Shown here in pieces: positions 14,868 to 24,893 of a DNA stretch of 39,191 nt. Made by a program: the position numbers and the translations under genes. The DNA is from a virus (Duplodnaviria > Caudoviricetes): positions 1 through 39,191 of IMG/VR virus record IMGVR_UViG_3300012940_000052. One strand, given 5' to 3'. Position 1 is the stretch's first letter. Each line of letters opens with the position of its first letter. Below the pieces are notes generated by a model. That model did not search any database and was not told where the DNA came from. It was given only the letters and a program-made list of their open reading frames with translations.

Positions 14868-15299
14868 ATGAACGCAATTGACGGCACCGGCCTGATCGTC
14901 GACGCGCCCGACTGGTCGCTGCTGCTCGACGATCCGCTGGAGATCGCGGCGGCCGAGGCGCACTGGCAGCGGATCACCGCCGAGATGCGGGGCCGGGATA
15001 TTCTCGCATCCGCGAATGCCCACGCGATCCAGCGCCTCGTGATCGCCTATCTGATCTACGACCGCGCCGCGCGCGCGGTCACCGAGCAGGGCGCCGTGCT
15101 CAAACCCAAGCGCGGCAACCCGAAGTCCATCGCCCGTCTCAATCCGCACTTCACGGCCATGCGCGAATCCGGGTCGGACGCCGAGCGCATCGAGGCTGAG
15201 CTGGGCCTGTCTCCGCGCCGCCGCACAGGCGCCGCCAAGGTGGTGAGGAATGGCCGGAAAGCGACCGCCGCGTCGAGCTACCTCAAATCGGTCAAGTAA
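14868..15299 (+). CDS. terS: Terminase small subunit (P27 family)
   Basis: NPHF...EAELGLSPRRR; precedes terL. Confidence 0.9.
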   Translation: MNAIDGTGLIVDAPDWSLLLDDPLEIAAAEAHWQRITAEMRGRDILASANAHAIQRLVIAYLIYDRAARAVTEQGAVLKPKRGNPKSIARLNPHFTAMRESGSDAERIEAELGLSPRRRTGAAKVVRNGRKATAASSYLKSVK

Positions 15300-17100
15300 G
15301 CGGGCGCTCGATCCGACCACGGCATGGGCGCAGGATGCGCTGGCGGACAAGCTGCCGTGGAAGTGCGGAGAGCTGGTCCTGCACGCCGCCGAGCGCCACA
15401 TGCGCGATCTACGGGACGGCCCGGCGCGCGGCCTGCACTGGCGACCGGAGATCGCGGCCCACGCGCTGAACTTCTTTCCGGCCGTCTTCTCGGTGGCCGA
15501 TGGTCCGAGGGCCGGCCAGCCCTTCCACCTGCTCGGCTGGCACACCTTCACGGTCGGAAGTCTGTTCGGGTGGCATCGCGACAATGGCCTGCGTCGCTTC
15601 CGGCGCGGCTGGCTGGAGACAGGAAAGGGGCAGGCCAAGTCCCCGCTGATGGGCGCGATCGGCGTCTACATCATGGGCTGGGACGGCATCGCGCACGCGC
15701 AATGCTATGCCATCGGGCAGGACAAGGCGACCGCGAACGTCCTGTTTCGCGACGCCGTGTCGATGTGTCGGGGCCAGATCCCGGATGAGGATGAGGGGGA
15801 CAGCCTCGAATCGCGCGGCGAGGTCATCATCCGGGGCGAACTGGACAACGCCTGGAAGATCGAACACCCGGACAGCGGCTCGTTCTTCCGCACGCTGGCC
15901 GGCGGCGACAGTCAGTCGGGGCCGCGCCCGTCCTATATCGCGGGCGACGAGATCCACGAGTTCAAGTCGGACCACGCCATCGAGACATGGCAGCGCGCCA
16001 TCGACAAGGTCGCAGGCAACGCGCTGTTCCTCAAGGGGACGAACACGCCCGCGACCACGCAACTGGTCGGCACGAGTTATTCGGAGATGTACCAGGCCAT
16101 CGTGCGCGGCGAGGCAAAGGACGATACCGCGTTCGCGTTCATCGCCCGGGTCGACAAGGGCGACCGGGAAACCGTGTTCGAGGATGAATCCTGCTGGGGC
16201 AAGGCGCTGCCGGCGCTCGGCGAGACATTCCCGATCGAGAACCTGCGCAGCGTCGTGGCCGCCGCCAACCTGCGTCCGTCGACACGCTCCAGCGTCAAGC
16301 GGCTCTATTTCGGGATCGACATCGGCGCGGCCGATTTCTGGATCGATGAGGAGAAATGGGCGGCGGTTCAGGGCGCGGTCGACAGCCGCGCGATGCGTGG
16401 CCGGAAATGCTGGCTCAGCCTCGACCTGTCCCGCAAGAACGACCTGACGGCCCTGACGGCGACGTGGGAGGCCGGCGCGGATGGGCTGCTGGCCAGCAAG
16501 ACGTGGTACTGGACGACGAAGGAGGGCCTCGCCGATCGCGCGGAAGCGGACCGGGCGCCCTATCTGGACTGGGTCGAGGACGGCTATCTGGTCGCCACGC
16601 CCGGCGCGACGATCGACTACACCTTCGTCGCGCAGCAGGTCGCGGAAATGCTTGCCGAGCATGATGTCGTGGAGCTGGTGGTCGACATTGCGTTCGTGAC
16701 CGCCTTCACCGAGGCCTGCGAACAGATCGGCCTGCCGGTGTGGATCTACGATGGCCCGGGGAAGCGCGAGGGCAAGGGCCTCAAGATCGTCAGGCATGCC
16801 CAGGGCAAGCGCATCATGTTCGAGGATCGCCAGCTTTGCATGCCGCATTCGATCACGCGGACCGAGGACGTGATTCTGGAGGGCAGGATCGTGATCGACA
16901 GCTCTCCGGTCACCTATTCCTGCGCGGCCAATGCGGCGATCGACGATGATGGGCAGGGCAACCGGGCCTTCGACAAGAAACGGTCGCGCGGCCGCATCGA
17001 TGGCATGGTGACGATCGCCATGGGTGTCGGCGCGGCAACGGCGGCCGACAAGCCGAAGAAGAAATCCGTCTACGCCTCGCGCGGCGTGCTGAGAGTCTGA
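15250..17100 (+). CDS. terL: Terminase large subunit
   Basis: Walker A ETGKGQAKS, Walker B YIAGDEIHE, nuclease LDLSRKNDLTA and RIDGMV. Confidence 0.97.
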   Translation: MAGKRPPRRATSNRSSKRALDPTTAWAQDALADKLPWKCGELVLHAAERHMRDLRDGPARGLHWRPEIAAHALNFFPAVFSVADGPRAGQPFHLLGWHTFTVGSLFGWHRDNGLRRFRRGWLETGKGQAKSPLMGAIGVYIMGWDGIAHAQCYAIGQDKATANVLFRDAVSMCRGQIPDEDEGDSLESRGEVIIRGELDNAWKIEHPDSGSFFRTLAGGDSQSGPRPSYIAGDEIHEFKSDHAIETWQRAIDKVAGNALFLKGTNTPATTQLVGTSYSEMYQAIVRGEAKDDTAFAFIARVDKGDRETVFEDESCWGKALPALGETFPIENLRSVVAAANLRPSTRSSVKRLYFGIDIGAADFWIDEEKWAAVQGAVDSRAMRGRKCWLSLDLSRKNDLTALTATWEAGADGLLASKTWYWTTKEGLADRAEADRAPYLDWVEDGYLVATPGATIDYTFVAQQVAEMLAEHDVVELVVDIAFVTAFTEACEQIGLPVWIYDGPGKREGKGLKIVRHAQGKRIMFEDRQLCMPHSITRTEDVILEGRIVIDSSPVTYSCAANAAIDDDGQGNRAFDKKRSRGRIDGMVTIAMGVGAATAADKPKKKSVYASRGVLRV

Positions 17101-17110
17101 AGGAGGGCGC

Positions 17111-18403
17111 ATGGCGGTATTGTCGCCCGATGACTATCGGCGCGCTGCGGGCTACCGGCGATCCGGACCCGCCCGGCGCCTCTCCGCAGGCCCTGTGCCC
17201 GTGGTGCAGGCGCTGACGGCGATGGACATCAACAGCGAGGAGCTGCGCCAGTTCATGACGGCTGGCCGCACCTCGGCCGCCGGCGTCGCGGTCAACGAGA
17301 AGGTGGCGCTCCGGAACAGTTCGTTTTTCCGGGCCTGCAACCTGATCGCTTCCTCGATCGGGATGCTCCCGACCCACCTGCATCGCAGGCTGGCGGACGG
17401 TACGACGGAGAAGGCGAAGAATCACCCGCTCTACCGCGTGCTGCACAAGCGGCCGAACGCGTACCAGACCGCGTTCGAGTTCAAGAGCTACATGCAGTTC
17501 GTCGCGCTGCTCGACGGCAATGCCTATGGGCTGATCATCAGGGGTCCGCGCGGCATCCGGCAGATCGTTCCGCTCCCGCGCGGCGCTGTCGAGCCCGATC
17601 TGTCCGACAGTTGGGAGCTGACATTCCGCTACACGCGGAAAACCGGGGGAACCGTCATCCTGCCCGCCCGGGACGTGTTTCATTTCCGCCACCCACTCAC
17701 GCGCGACGGGCTCAAGGGCGTCTCGCTGCTGGATATGGCGGTCGACACGATCGGCCTTGCCGCCGCCGTCACGAAGGCGCTGGGGCGTCTCGCCGGCAAG
17801 GGCATGATGGCCGGCGGCTCGCTGGAAACGGACGAGACGCTCGGCGAGGAATCGATCCGGCTGCTTCGCGAGAGCCTGGCTGAAAATCATTCCGGCGCCG
17901 AGAATGCCGGCGACTGGCTCATCCTCGAAGAGGGCCTGACGGCCAAGCCTTTCGCGAACCCGAAGGACAGCCAGAGCGACGAGACGCGCAAGCGGCAGGA
18001 TGAAGAGCTGGCCCGGTTCACCGATGTGCCCCGCCCGCTGCTGATGATGGACGAGACGAGCTGGGGCACGGGCATCCGGGAGCTGGGCCTGTTCCTCGTG
18101 ACCTACTGCCTCACGAAATGGTTTGTGGCGTGGGAACAGGCGATCGAGCGCTCATGCTTCACCGAGGCAGAGCAGGACGCTGACGAGCTGTACGTGAAAT
18201 TCAACGACGGCGCGCTGCTGCGCGGCTCGCTCAAGGAGCAGGCCGAGTTCTTCTCCAAGGCGCTGGGCAACAATGCGGCTTGGATGGAGCCCAACGAGGT
18301 CCGCGCCAACTTCGAACTGAACCCGCACCCTGACGGCGTCGGCCTGCCCAAAGGCGCCGCGTCGTCGTCTTCCACCACGAAGGATGACCCGGAAGATGAA
18401 TGA
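17111..18403 (+). CDS. Portal protein, HK97 family
   Basis: HPLYRVLHKRPNAYQTAFEF, LLDGNAY, ILEEGL, PNEVR. Confidence 0.96.
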   Translation: MAVLSPDDYRRAAGYRRSGPARRLSAGPVPVVQALTAMDINSEELRQFMTAGRTSAAGVAVNEKVALRNSSFFRACNLIASSIGMLPTHLHRRLADGTTEKAKNHPLYRVLHKRPNAYQTAFEFKSYMQFVALLDGNAYGLIIRGPRGIRQIVPLPRGAVEPDLSDSWELTFRYTRKTGGTVILPARDVFHFRHPLTRDGLKGVSLLDMAVDTIGLAAAVTKALGRLAGKGMMAGGSLETDETLGEESIRLLRESLAENHSGAENAGDWLILEEGLTAKPFANPKDSQSDETRKRQDEELARFTDVPRPLLMMDETSWGTGIRELGLFLVTYCLTKWFVAWEQAIERSCFTEAEQDADELYVKFNDGALLRGSLKEQAEFFSKALGNNAAWMEPNEVRANFELNPHPDGVGLPKGAASSSSTTKDDPEDE

Positions 18404-19310
18404 CCTGTCCGCACGGCCGCGCGCGCTCATCGGCGGCATCATGGCGCGCGCCCGGCCCTCCGCGCTGCCCGTTCCGGCGGACCGGCGCGTCTCCGCCTTC
18501 TCCCCGCTGCCCGTGATGGAGCGCTGGGGCGAGGACGCGGCGGGTATCCGCCCCGCCGCGCTGGAGCAGGGGGATAATGTCATCACGATGTTCGATGTGA
18601 TCGGCGAGGACTGGTGGACCGGCGGCGGCGTGACCGCGAAGAAGGTCGCCGCGCAGCTCCGCGCGATCGGCGACCGCCCGGTCGAGGTGCAGATCAACAG
18701 CGGCGGCGGCGACATGTTCGAGGGCCTCGCCATCTACAATGTGCTGCGCGAGCATTCGCAGCCGGTCACCATGAAGATCATGGGCATGGCCGCCTCGGCC
18801 GCGTCGATCATCGCCATGGCGGGCGATCAGGTCGAAATCGGCGCGGCGTCGTTCATCATGATCCACAACTGCTGGGTCATTGCCGGCGGCAACCGGCACG
18901 ATTTCGCGGAAGTCTCGGCCTATCTCGCCCCCTTCGACCAGGCCATGGCCGATGTCTATGCGCAGCGCTCGCAGCAGAAGGCGGCCGATTGCGCGAAATG
19001 GATGGACGCGGAGACGTGGATGTCCGGGTCACTCGCCATCGAGCGCGGTTTCGCCGATGCCCTGCTGCCCGCCGACCAGATGAAGGTCGACGAGAAGGCC
19101 AAGGCGTCCGATCGCGAGGTCAACGAGGTCCGCGCGCTGGAAATCACCCTCCTCAATAGCGGTATGACGCGCGCCCAGGCGCGTGCCCGCATCAACAGCC
19201 TCAAGGGCAAGCCGGACGCTGCCCTCGATGACGCCGACAAGCCGGACGCTGGCGGCGACCCCGAGTTGATCAGTGCCATGCAGGCCCTGCTCGACACCTT
19301 CCGCAGCTAA
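18396..19310 (+). CDS. ClpP-related head maturation protease
   Basis: INSGGGDMFEG, GMAASAASIIA, MIHN, ETWM..GFAD. Confidence 0.95.
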   Translation: MNDLSARPRALIGGIMARARPSALPVPADRRVSAFSPLPVMERWGEDAAGIRPAALEQGDNVITMFDVIGEDWWTGGGVTAKKVAAQLRAIGDRPVEVQINSGGGDMFEGLAIYNVLREHSQPVTMKIMGMAASAASIIAMAGDQVEIGAASFIMIHNCWVIAGGNRHDFAEVSAYLAPFDQAMADVYAQRSQQKAADCAKWMDAETWMSGSLAIERGFADALLPADQMKVDEKAKASDREVNEVRALEITLLNSGMTRAQARARINSLKGKPDAALDDADKPDAGGDPELISAMQALLDTFRS

Positions 19311-19326
19311 ACAGCGAGTTACGATC

Positions 19327-20700
19327 ATGAAATATCAGTCTCGAACCGCCCTCGCGGCGGTGGCGACCCTGCTCGCCTCTCCGCTTCGCGCGCTCTTCGC
19401 GGCGAAACCCACCATCACGCTCACGCCGCCGGTTATCCCCGCGATGCCCCGCGCCCTGATCGGAACCACCATCCGGGCCGATGTCTCGGGTGATCCCAAG
19501 GCCATGATCGCCGCCCTTCAGGAGGCGCATGGCGAGTTCAAGGCGACCATCGAGGAGAATATCGGCAAGAAGGCCGATAGCGCCGAGGTGAACGCCAAGC
19601 TCGACGCGATCAACATGACGATGAGCCAGCTCGAAGCCGCGCTCAACGAACATGCCACGAAGATCGCGGCGGCGAACCTGAACGGCGGGACGTCCGTCCA
19701 GCCCTCCGACCCCGAATATTCCGGCGCCTTCGCATCCTTCATGCGCGATGGCCGCCGGGAGGACGAGGAGAAGCTGCGCTCGGAGCAGAAGAAGGGTCCG
19801 CGCGCCTCGATGTCCGAGGGCGTCGATGCCGATGGCGGCCTGCTCACCCCGGTCGAGTGGGATCGCACCATCAGCGGCCGGCTGAAGCTCATCTCGCCCG
19901 TCCGGCAGGAAGCGCAGGTCATCCGCATCAGCAAGCGCGGCTTCACCAAGCTGTTCACCGATCGCGCGGTGGGCAGCGGCTGGGTCGGCGAGACCGCCGC
20001 GCGCCCGGCCACCGCCACGCCGCAGTTCACGGCCCTGTCGTTCGGCCTTGGCGAGATCTACGCCAATGCCGCCGCGAGCCAGGACCTGCTCGATGACGCG
20101 GAGATCGACCTGGCCGACTGGCTGGTCGGCGAGATCGATACCGAGTTCTCCCGACAGGAAGGCATCGCGTTCATCTCCGGCGACGGCACGAACAAGCCGC
20201 ACGGCCTGCTCGGCTATGTCGATGGCGGCGCCCATGACGATCGCCACCCGTGGGGCGCGATCGAGGCGCTGAACAGCGGCGCGGCGGCGGCTTTCACGGC
20301 CGATGGCATGGTGGACACCATCTACAAGCTGCCGGCGGCCTATACGCCCAACGCCAAGTGGTACATGAACCGCACGTCGCTGGGCGCCATCCGCAAGCTG
20401 AAGGATGGTCAGGGCAATTTCCTGTGGCAACCGACCTTCGTCGCCGGTCAGCCGTCGACCCTCGCCGGCTATCCGGTGATCGACGTGCCGGACATGCCGA
20501 ATGTCGCGGCGGGCAATCTCGCGGCGCTGTTCGGGGACATGCGCGAGACCTATCTGGTCATCGACCGGATCGGCCTGCGCGTCCTGCGCGATCCCTACAC
20601 CAACAAGCCCTACATCTGCTTCTACGCGACCAAGCGCGTGGGCGGCGGCGTCAAGAACCCCGACGCGATGAAGGCGATCAAGATCGGCACCGGCACCTGA
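19327..20700 (+). CDS. Major capsid protein, HK97 fold
   Basis: Coiled-coil delta domain; DGGLLTPVEWD, GWVGE, GDGTNKPHG, LKDGQGNFLWQP, KRVGG. Confidence 0.97.
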   Translation: MKYQSRTALAAVATLLASPLRALFAAKPTITLTPPVIPAMPRALIGTTIRADVSGDPKAMIAALQEAHGEFKATIEENIGKKADSAEVNAKLDAINMTMSQLEAALNEHATKIAAANLNGGTSVQPSDPEYSGAFASFMRDGRREDEEKLRSEQKKGPRASMSEGVDADGGLLTPVEWDRTISGRLKLISPVRQEAQVIRISKRGFTKLFTDRAVGSGWVGETAARPATATPQFTALSFGLGEIYANAAASQDLLDDAEIDLADWLVGEIDTEFSRQEGIAFISGDGTNKPHGLLGYVDGGAHDDRHPWGAIEALNSGAAAAFTADGMVDTIYKLPAAYTPNAKWYMNRTSLGAIRKLKDGQGNFLWQPTFVAGQPSTLAGYPVIDVPDMPNVAAGNLAALFGDMRETYLVIDRIGLRVLRDPYTNKPYICFYATKRVGGGVKNPDAMKAIKIGTGT

Positions 20701-20718
20701 TCCGGCGTTGACGATATC

Positions 20719-20745
20719 CCGGGGCGGCTTCGGTCGCCCCGGTTC
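20719..20745 (+). terminator. UUCG-capped hairpin after the capsid gene (weak U tract)
   Basis: CCGGGGCGGC-TTCG-GTCGCCCCGG. Confidence 0.55.
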
Positions 20746-20793
20746 CCCGAAGCGGCGGATGCCCGCTGTTTCGGTGAACCAGAGGAGCGAGCG

Positions 20794-20949
20794 ATGGCCA
20801 CCCAGACCCCCACCGAGACCAAGACCGATCCCAAGGACACCGCCGAGGCGGCACCCGCCGAGACCGGCCAGCCGTCGGAAGAGGTCGATATCCGCGCCGG
20901 CACCACAGAGGTGCAGAACCGGATCGACATGAACGACCCGAGCTTCTGA
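20794..20949 (+). CDS. 51-aa acidic protein after MCP (not in the ORF track)
   Basis: SD AGAGGAG; MATQTPTETKTDPKD...RIDMNDPSF. Confidence 0.7.
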   Translation: MATQTPTETKTDPKDTAEAAPAETGQPSEEVDIRAGTTEVQNRIDMNDPSF

Positions 20950-20977
20950 CCTTCACTCAGATCGAGGACCGAGCCCC

Positions 20978-21478
20978 ATGGCCGACAATATCACTTCGCC
21001 GGTGCCCGATGGGACAACGCTGGCGACGAAGGACATCGGCGGTGTCCAGTATCAGAAGAGCCTGATCACCGATCAGGCCGGCGCGGATGCCGTCGGGCTG
21101 GTCACGGCATCGCCCGCCGCGACCACGATCCTTGGGCGCCTGAAAGCGATTGCCGACGCGCTGGCGGGCACGCTCGGCATCAGCGCCACGTCCCTGCCGC
21201 TCCCCACGGGCGCGGCCACCAGCGCGAATCAGGCCGCTGTGAAGGCGTCGATCGATGCGGGCTCGCTCGCGGGTCTTGCGCCGTTCCCCATCACGCCAGG
21301 CAGCAGCGCCCTCACGCGTCCGATCGTCGCCCTGTCCGTCGCGACGGGCGGGACCGTGATCTACACGCCGACCAGCGGCGGCGGCGACGTGACGGTAACG
21401 CTGCCCGCCGGCTATTTCCCGCTTCCCGCGACCCACATCAAGGCAGGCGGGACGGCCGAAGGCCTGACGGGCTGGTAA
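20978..21478 (+). CDS. Virion protein with C-terminal head-spike base (RcGTA Rcc01079-like) domain
   Basis: PITP....LTRPIVALSVATGGTV...VTVTLPAGYFPL.ATHIKAGGT resembles that family by eye. Confidence 0.6.
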   Translation: MADNITSPVPDGTTLATKDIGGVQYQKSLITDQAGADAVGLVTASPAATTILGRLKAIADALAGTLGISATSLPLPTGAATSANQAAVKASIDAGSLAGLAPFPITPGSSALTRPIVALSVATGGTVIYTPTSGGGDVTVTLPAGYFPLPATHIKAGGTAEGLTGW

Positions 21479-21481
21479 GCG

Positions 21482-21988
21482 ATGCTCGCGACGCTCCTCG
21501 CCTTCGACATCATCCCGCAGGGAGGCGATATGCCAGGCGGCGGTGACACGGGAACGGTGATCGCGACGCCCGCCCGAACGGCGGTGCTCGCGATTGCCCA
21601 GCCCGCCACATCGGTGGCGTCTGGCGTCCCATTGGGCGCCACGGTCTGGTCGCAGCCCTTCGATCCGGCGGATCATGTGCCGTTCGCCATCGATTTCGCG
21701 GCGCTGCTCGATGAGGGCGAAGCCATCGTCGAGATCGAGGCCATCACCATGAGCGCAGCCGGGGCCGCCCTCGGCGTCGCCGTCGACGATGCCGCGCCCT
21801 ATGGCCCGATCATCGACACGGCAGGCAAGAAGGTGCAGCTCTGGTTCGTCGTGGATGACGCACACTGGAGCGAGACGGCCTTTTCCGCCTCGGGCGTGCA
21901 GATTCCGGTGGCCGTGCGCGTTGCCACGGCTGGCACGCCGCCCAAGCGGTTCGAGCGGACATGCGTGCTCATGGTGCGGCAGCTATGA
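21482..21988 (+). CDS. Putative fibre adaptor virion protein
   Basis: FDPADHVPFAIDF...VQLW...FERT..L.V Ig-like adaptor pattern; lies in the structural operon. Confidence 0.55.
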   Translation: MLATLLAFDIIPQGGDMPGGGDTGTVIATPARTAVLAIAQPATSVASGVPLGATVWSQPFDPADHVPFAIDFAALLDEGEAIVEIEAITMSAAGAALGVAVDDAAPYGPIIDTAGKKVQLWFVVDDAHWSETAFSASGVQIPVAVRVATAGTPPKRFERTCVLMVRQL

Positions 21989-22203
21989 TCGACAACGGCC
22001 GGCGCGCCGCGCTCGTCATCGATGGCGTCTTCGACGGGCAGGCCGGCGTCCAGGGCGCGCAGCTTGCTTTCATCCCCAATCGCCTGACGAAACGCGCCGG
22101 CGCGGTGCGCGGCGCCGTTCTCGACGGCGTCCCGGTGTTCCTGTCCGGCCAGCGCGATACCGGCGGCGGCCTGTGGACCGCGCACTATGAGGTGATCGAA
22201 TGA
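21985..22203 (+). CDS. Small hypothetical structural-region protein
   Basis: ATGA overlaps at both ends. Confidence 0.6.
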   Translation: MIDNGRRAALVIDGVFDGQAGVQGAQLAFIPNRLTKRAGAVRGAVLDGVPVFLSGQRDTGGGLWTAHYEVIE

Positions 22204-22826
22204 CGATCGCGGAAATGCGCGTGCTGCTCTCGATGCCGGAGGGCGACTATAGCGACGCCCAGGTCGTCGCGGCCTATGCCGCGCTGATCGACGATGGCTT
22301 TCCGGCGCCGCTGAATATCGTCGAGCCGGTCACGGTCGACATGGCGCGCGCGCAAAGCCAGATCGAGGATGAAATTCCCGACGACCTGATCAGCCAGAAA
22401 ATCCGGTCGGCGCGGGAATGGGTCGAGCAGCACACGAGCCGTATCGTCGCGCAACGCACGCTGGTCGATCATTTCCGCGCATGGGGCGGATACCTGTCGC
22501 TCTCCAAGCGGCCGATTATTTCGGTCGACGCCATCGCCTATAATGGCGTGGACGGCGATGCCACCTATCTCGATGGCGCCTATGCAATCGGCCCGCTCCC
22601 GCTGCGCATCTACCCCGGGGCGAGCGGCTGGCCGAAGCTTCGCGCGGGCGGAGCGATCACGGTGGCATACACGGCTGGGTACGATCCGGCCGAAGTGCCG
22701 CAGCCGCTGATCGAGGCCATCCTTGTCCTCGCGGCGGGCATGATTAGCCAGCGCGAGGGCGCCTATGCGCAATCCCTCACGGCGGCGCGCGAACTGCTGA
22801 AATATCTTCGGCCGAGGACGCTATGA
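22200..22826 (+). CDS. Head-tail connector (gp6/gp15-like adaptor)
   Basis: EPVTVDMAR...SAREWVEQHT.R..QRT...YTAGY...VPQPL..AIL. Confidence 0.88.
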   Translation: MTIAEMRVLLSMPEGDYSDAQVVAAYAALIDDGFPAPLNIVEPVTVDMARAQSQIEDEIPDDLISQKIRSAREWVEQHTSRIVAQRTLVDHFRAWGGYLSLSKRPIISVDAIAYNGVDGDATYLDGAYAIGPLPLRIYPGASGWPKLRAGGAITVAYTAGYDPAEVPQPLIEAILVLAAGMISQREGAYAQSLTAARELLKYLRPRTL

Positions 22827-23206
22827 TCGGCATCGCCAGCGGCAAGATGAACCGGCGCATCCGCATCGAGCGCCCGGTGCCCGACGACAGCTTCGACGGG
22901 GCAGGCTCGGGCTCGTGGGCGCTGGTCAAGGAAGTGTGGGCGGAGGTGCAGGACGAGCTGCCCAGCACGAGCAATCGCGAACATCTTACCGATGGCGTCA
23001 ATCTCGCCTCCCGGCGGTCGCGGGTGCGCATCTATTATCGCGACGGCATCACGTCCGACATGCGCTTCCTGTTGCTGCGCAAGCGCGCCGGCGTCGTGGA
23101 GGTCGAGCGGACCATGCAGATCGTGGGGCCGCCGGCCATCCTCGGCAATCGCCAGCGCATCGAGTTCATGATGGAAGACTACAGCACGGCGGGGAACCCG
23201 GCCTGA
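22823..23206 (+). CDS. Head closure / stopper (SPP1 gp16-like)
   Basis: GKMNRRIRIERP...VWAEV...IYYRDGITSDMR. Confidence 0.88.
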   Translation: MIGIASGKMNRRIRIERPVPDDSFDGAGSGSWALVKEVWAEVQDELPSTSNREHLTDGVNLASRRSRVRIYYRDGITSDMRFLLLRKRAGVVEVERTMQIVGPPAILGNRQRIEFMMEDYSTAGNPA

Positions 23207-23745
23207 TGGTCACGACACGCGGCAAGGCGGAAGTGAAGCGCTTCATGGCGCAGCTCCCCGCGAAGATCGAGGAGCGCGTCCTGCGCGGCGCGGCGCGCGC
23301 CGCCGCCAATGTCATCGCCGATGAAGCGCGGCGGCGATCCGAGTCCCATGAGGTCAGCGCGGCGGTCAAGGTCGCGACCCGGAAGGAGCCCGGCCGGATG
23401 GTCGGCAAGGTGCAGGTCAAGGGCCCGGGGGACTATATCGCGCCCTGGCTGGAATATGGCACGGACCCGCACTTCATCAGCGTGGACGACAGCCAGCGCG
23501 AGGGTCGGAGCATCGGCCGGATCAACCGGCAGCTCCGTGATAATGACGGCGCGACGTCGCTGGTCATCAACGGGAAGTTCGTCGGCGCGACCGTCTTCCA
23601 CCCCGGCGCGCGCCCGCATCCGTTCCTGCGCCCCGCGCTGGACACGAAGGAGGCCGAGGCTGTCGCCGCCGCGCAGGCCTATATCAACAGCCGCATCGCG
23701 CCGGGCGGCATCGTGGGCGTCGACGATGGCGGAGGTGACGCGTGA
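23206..23745 (+). CDS. HK97 gp10-like tail morphogenesis protein
   Basis: WLEYGT...PHPFLRPALD. Confidence 0.88.
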   Translation: MVTTRGKAEVKRFMAQLPAKIEERVLRGAARAAANVIADEARRRSESHEVSAAVKVATRKEPGRMVGKVQVKGPGDYIAPWLEYGTDPHFISVDDSQREGRSIGRINRQLRDNDGATSLVINGKFVGATVFHPGARPHPFLRPALDTKEAEAVAAAQAYINSRIAPGGIVGVDDGGGDA

Positions 23746-24143
23746 CGGGCGCCGACATCATCGGCGCGCTGCTGCGCGCTGACAGCGCCCTTCTGGCAAG
23801 GGTGCCGGAAGCCAGCATCAAGGCGGGCCGCCTGCCAGATGGCATCGCCCCGCCCGCGCTGCTGGTTCGCGTGATCAGCTCCGTCGAGCGGCAGGCCCTC
23901 CGGCGCGGGGCGGCGACCCGCACCGTCGATCGCGTCTCCGTCACGGTGCGCGCCGGCAGCTATCGCGACCAGACCGCGATCATCGCGCTGGTGAAAGCCT
24001 GCTGCGCGGGCCGCACGGGCAATATCGGCGGCGGCCGCAACGTGGCCATCCTGACCGCCGGCACCGGACCGGACATCAACGGGCCGGGTGACAGCTTCGA
24101 GCAGGCGCAGGATTTTCGCGTCTCGTTCGATGCAGAGACCTGA
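23742..24143 (+). CDS. Tail terminator / completion protein (DUF3168-like)
   Basis: Position before the major tail protein; RVSVTV...DFRVSF. Confidence 0.75.
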   Translation: MTGADIIGALLRADSALLARVPEASIKAGRLPDGIAPPALLVRVISSVERQALRRGAATRTVDRVSVTVRAGSYRDQTAIIALVKACCAGRTGNIGGGRNVAILTAGTGPDINGPGDSFEQAQDFRVSFDAET

Positions 24144-24160
24144 ACGGGAGCATCATCATC

Positions 24161-24382
24161 ATGACCAGCAAGACGAAGCCGGCCTTCATCCTCCGGCCCT
24201 TTTACGATGTCGGCACGAACCAGATATTCGACGCCGGCACCGTCCAGCAGATCGATGAGGGGTCGTTCCTCAACTACCGGGCGGCCGGGCTCGCGCGCGA
24301 GCCGACCGCGAGCGAGATCGCCCCGACGCCCGCGACGAAGCCTGTCGCGCCGACCGAACCCGACGCCGAGCCCGGCGCCTGA
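24161..24382 (+). CDS. Small hypothetical protein
   Basis: SD GGGAG; Pro/Ala-rich tail. Confidence 0.65.
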   Translation: MTSKTKPAFILRPFYDVGTNQIFDAGTVQQIDEGSFLNYRAAGLAREPTASEIAPTPATKPVAPTEPDAEPGA

Positions 24383-24449
24383 AATTCCGCCGCGCCTCGC
24401 GGCTGAATGACTGCCGGCAAGCCCGGCTCGCCACATAGGAGTAAATAAA

Positions 24450-24893
24450 ATGACGTCTACGACTGCGGCGGGCACAAAGCTCGCCATCAGCGCCGCGCAT
24501 CCCGCCACCGAGGATGAGACCGGCTATTCCGCCCTGATCTATACCGAGATCGGCCAGGTCGAACAGATCGGCGCGATCGGCGCGACCTATAACAAGGTCG
24601 AGTTCACGCCGCTTCGCGGCCCGAAGCAGAAGCACAAGGGCAGCGTTGATTACGGCTCGCTCTCGCCCTCGCTGGCGCATGACGACAGCGATGCGGGCCA
24701 GACGCTGCTGCGGACCGCATCCGAGAGCGATGCGCTCTATTCGTTCGAGGTGACCTATCCGGACGGCGCCAAGCGCTACTTCCAGGGCCGCGTGTTCGGC
24801 TACCCGGAGAATGTGCAGGGCGCCGACACGATCCTCATGGCCAACCCGACCGTGGAGATCGACACGGCGGTGGTGAAGGTCCCGGCACCTTAA
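24450..24893 (+). CDS. Major tail tube protein
   Basis: AGTKLAIS...KHKGSVDYGS...DAGQ..L...YPDG..RYFQG; SD AGGAG. Confidence 0.88.
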   Translation: MTSTTAAGTKLAISAAHPATEDETGYSALIYTEIGQVEQIGAIGATYNKVEFTPLRGPKQKHKGSVDYGSLSPSLAHDDSDAGQTLLRTASESDALYSFEVTYPDGAKRYFQGRVFGYPENVQGADTILMANPTVEIDTAVVKVPAP

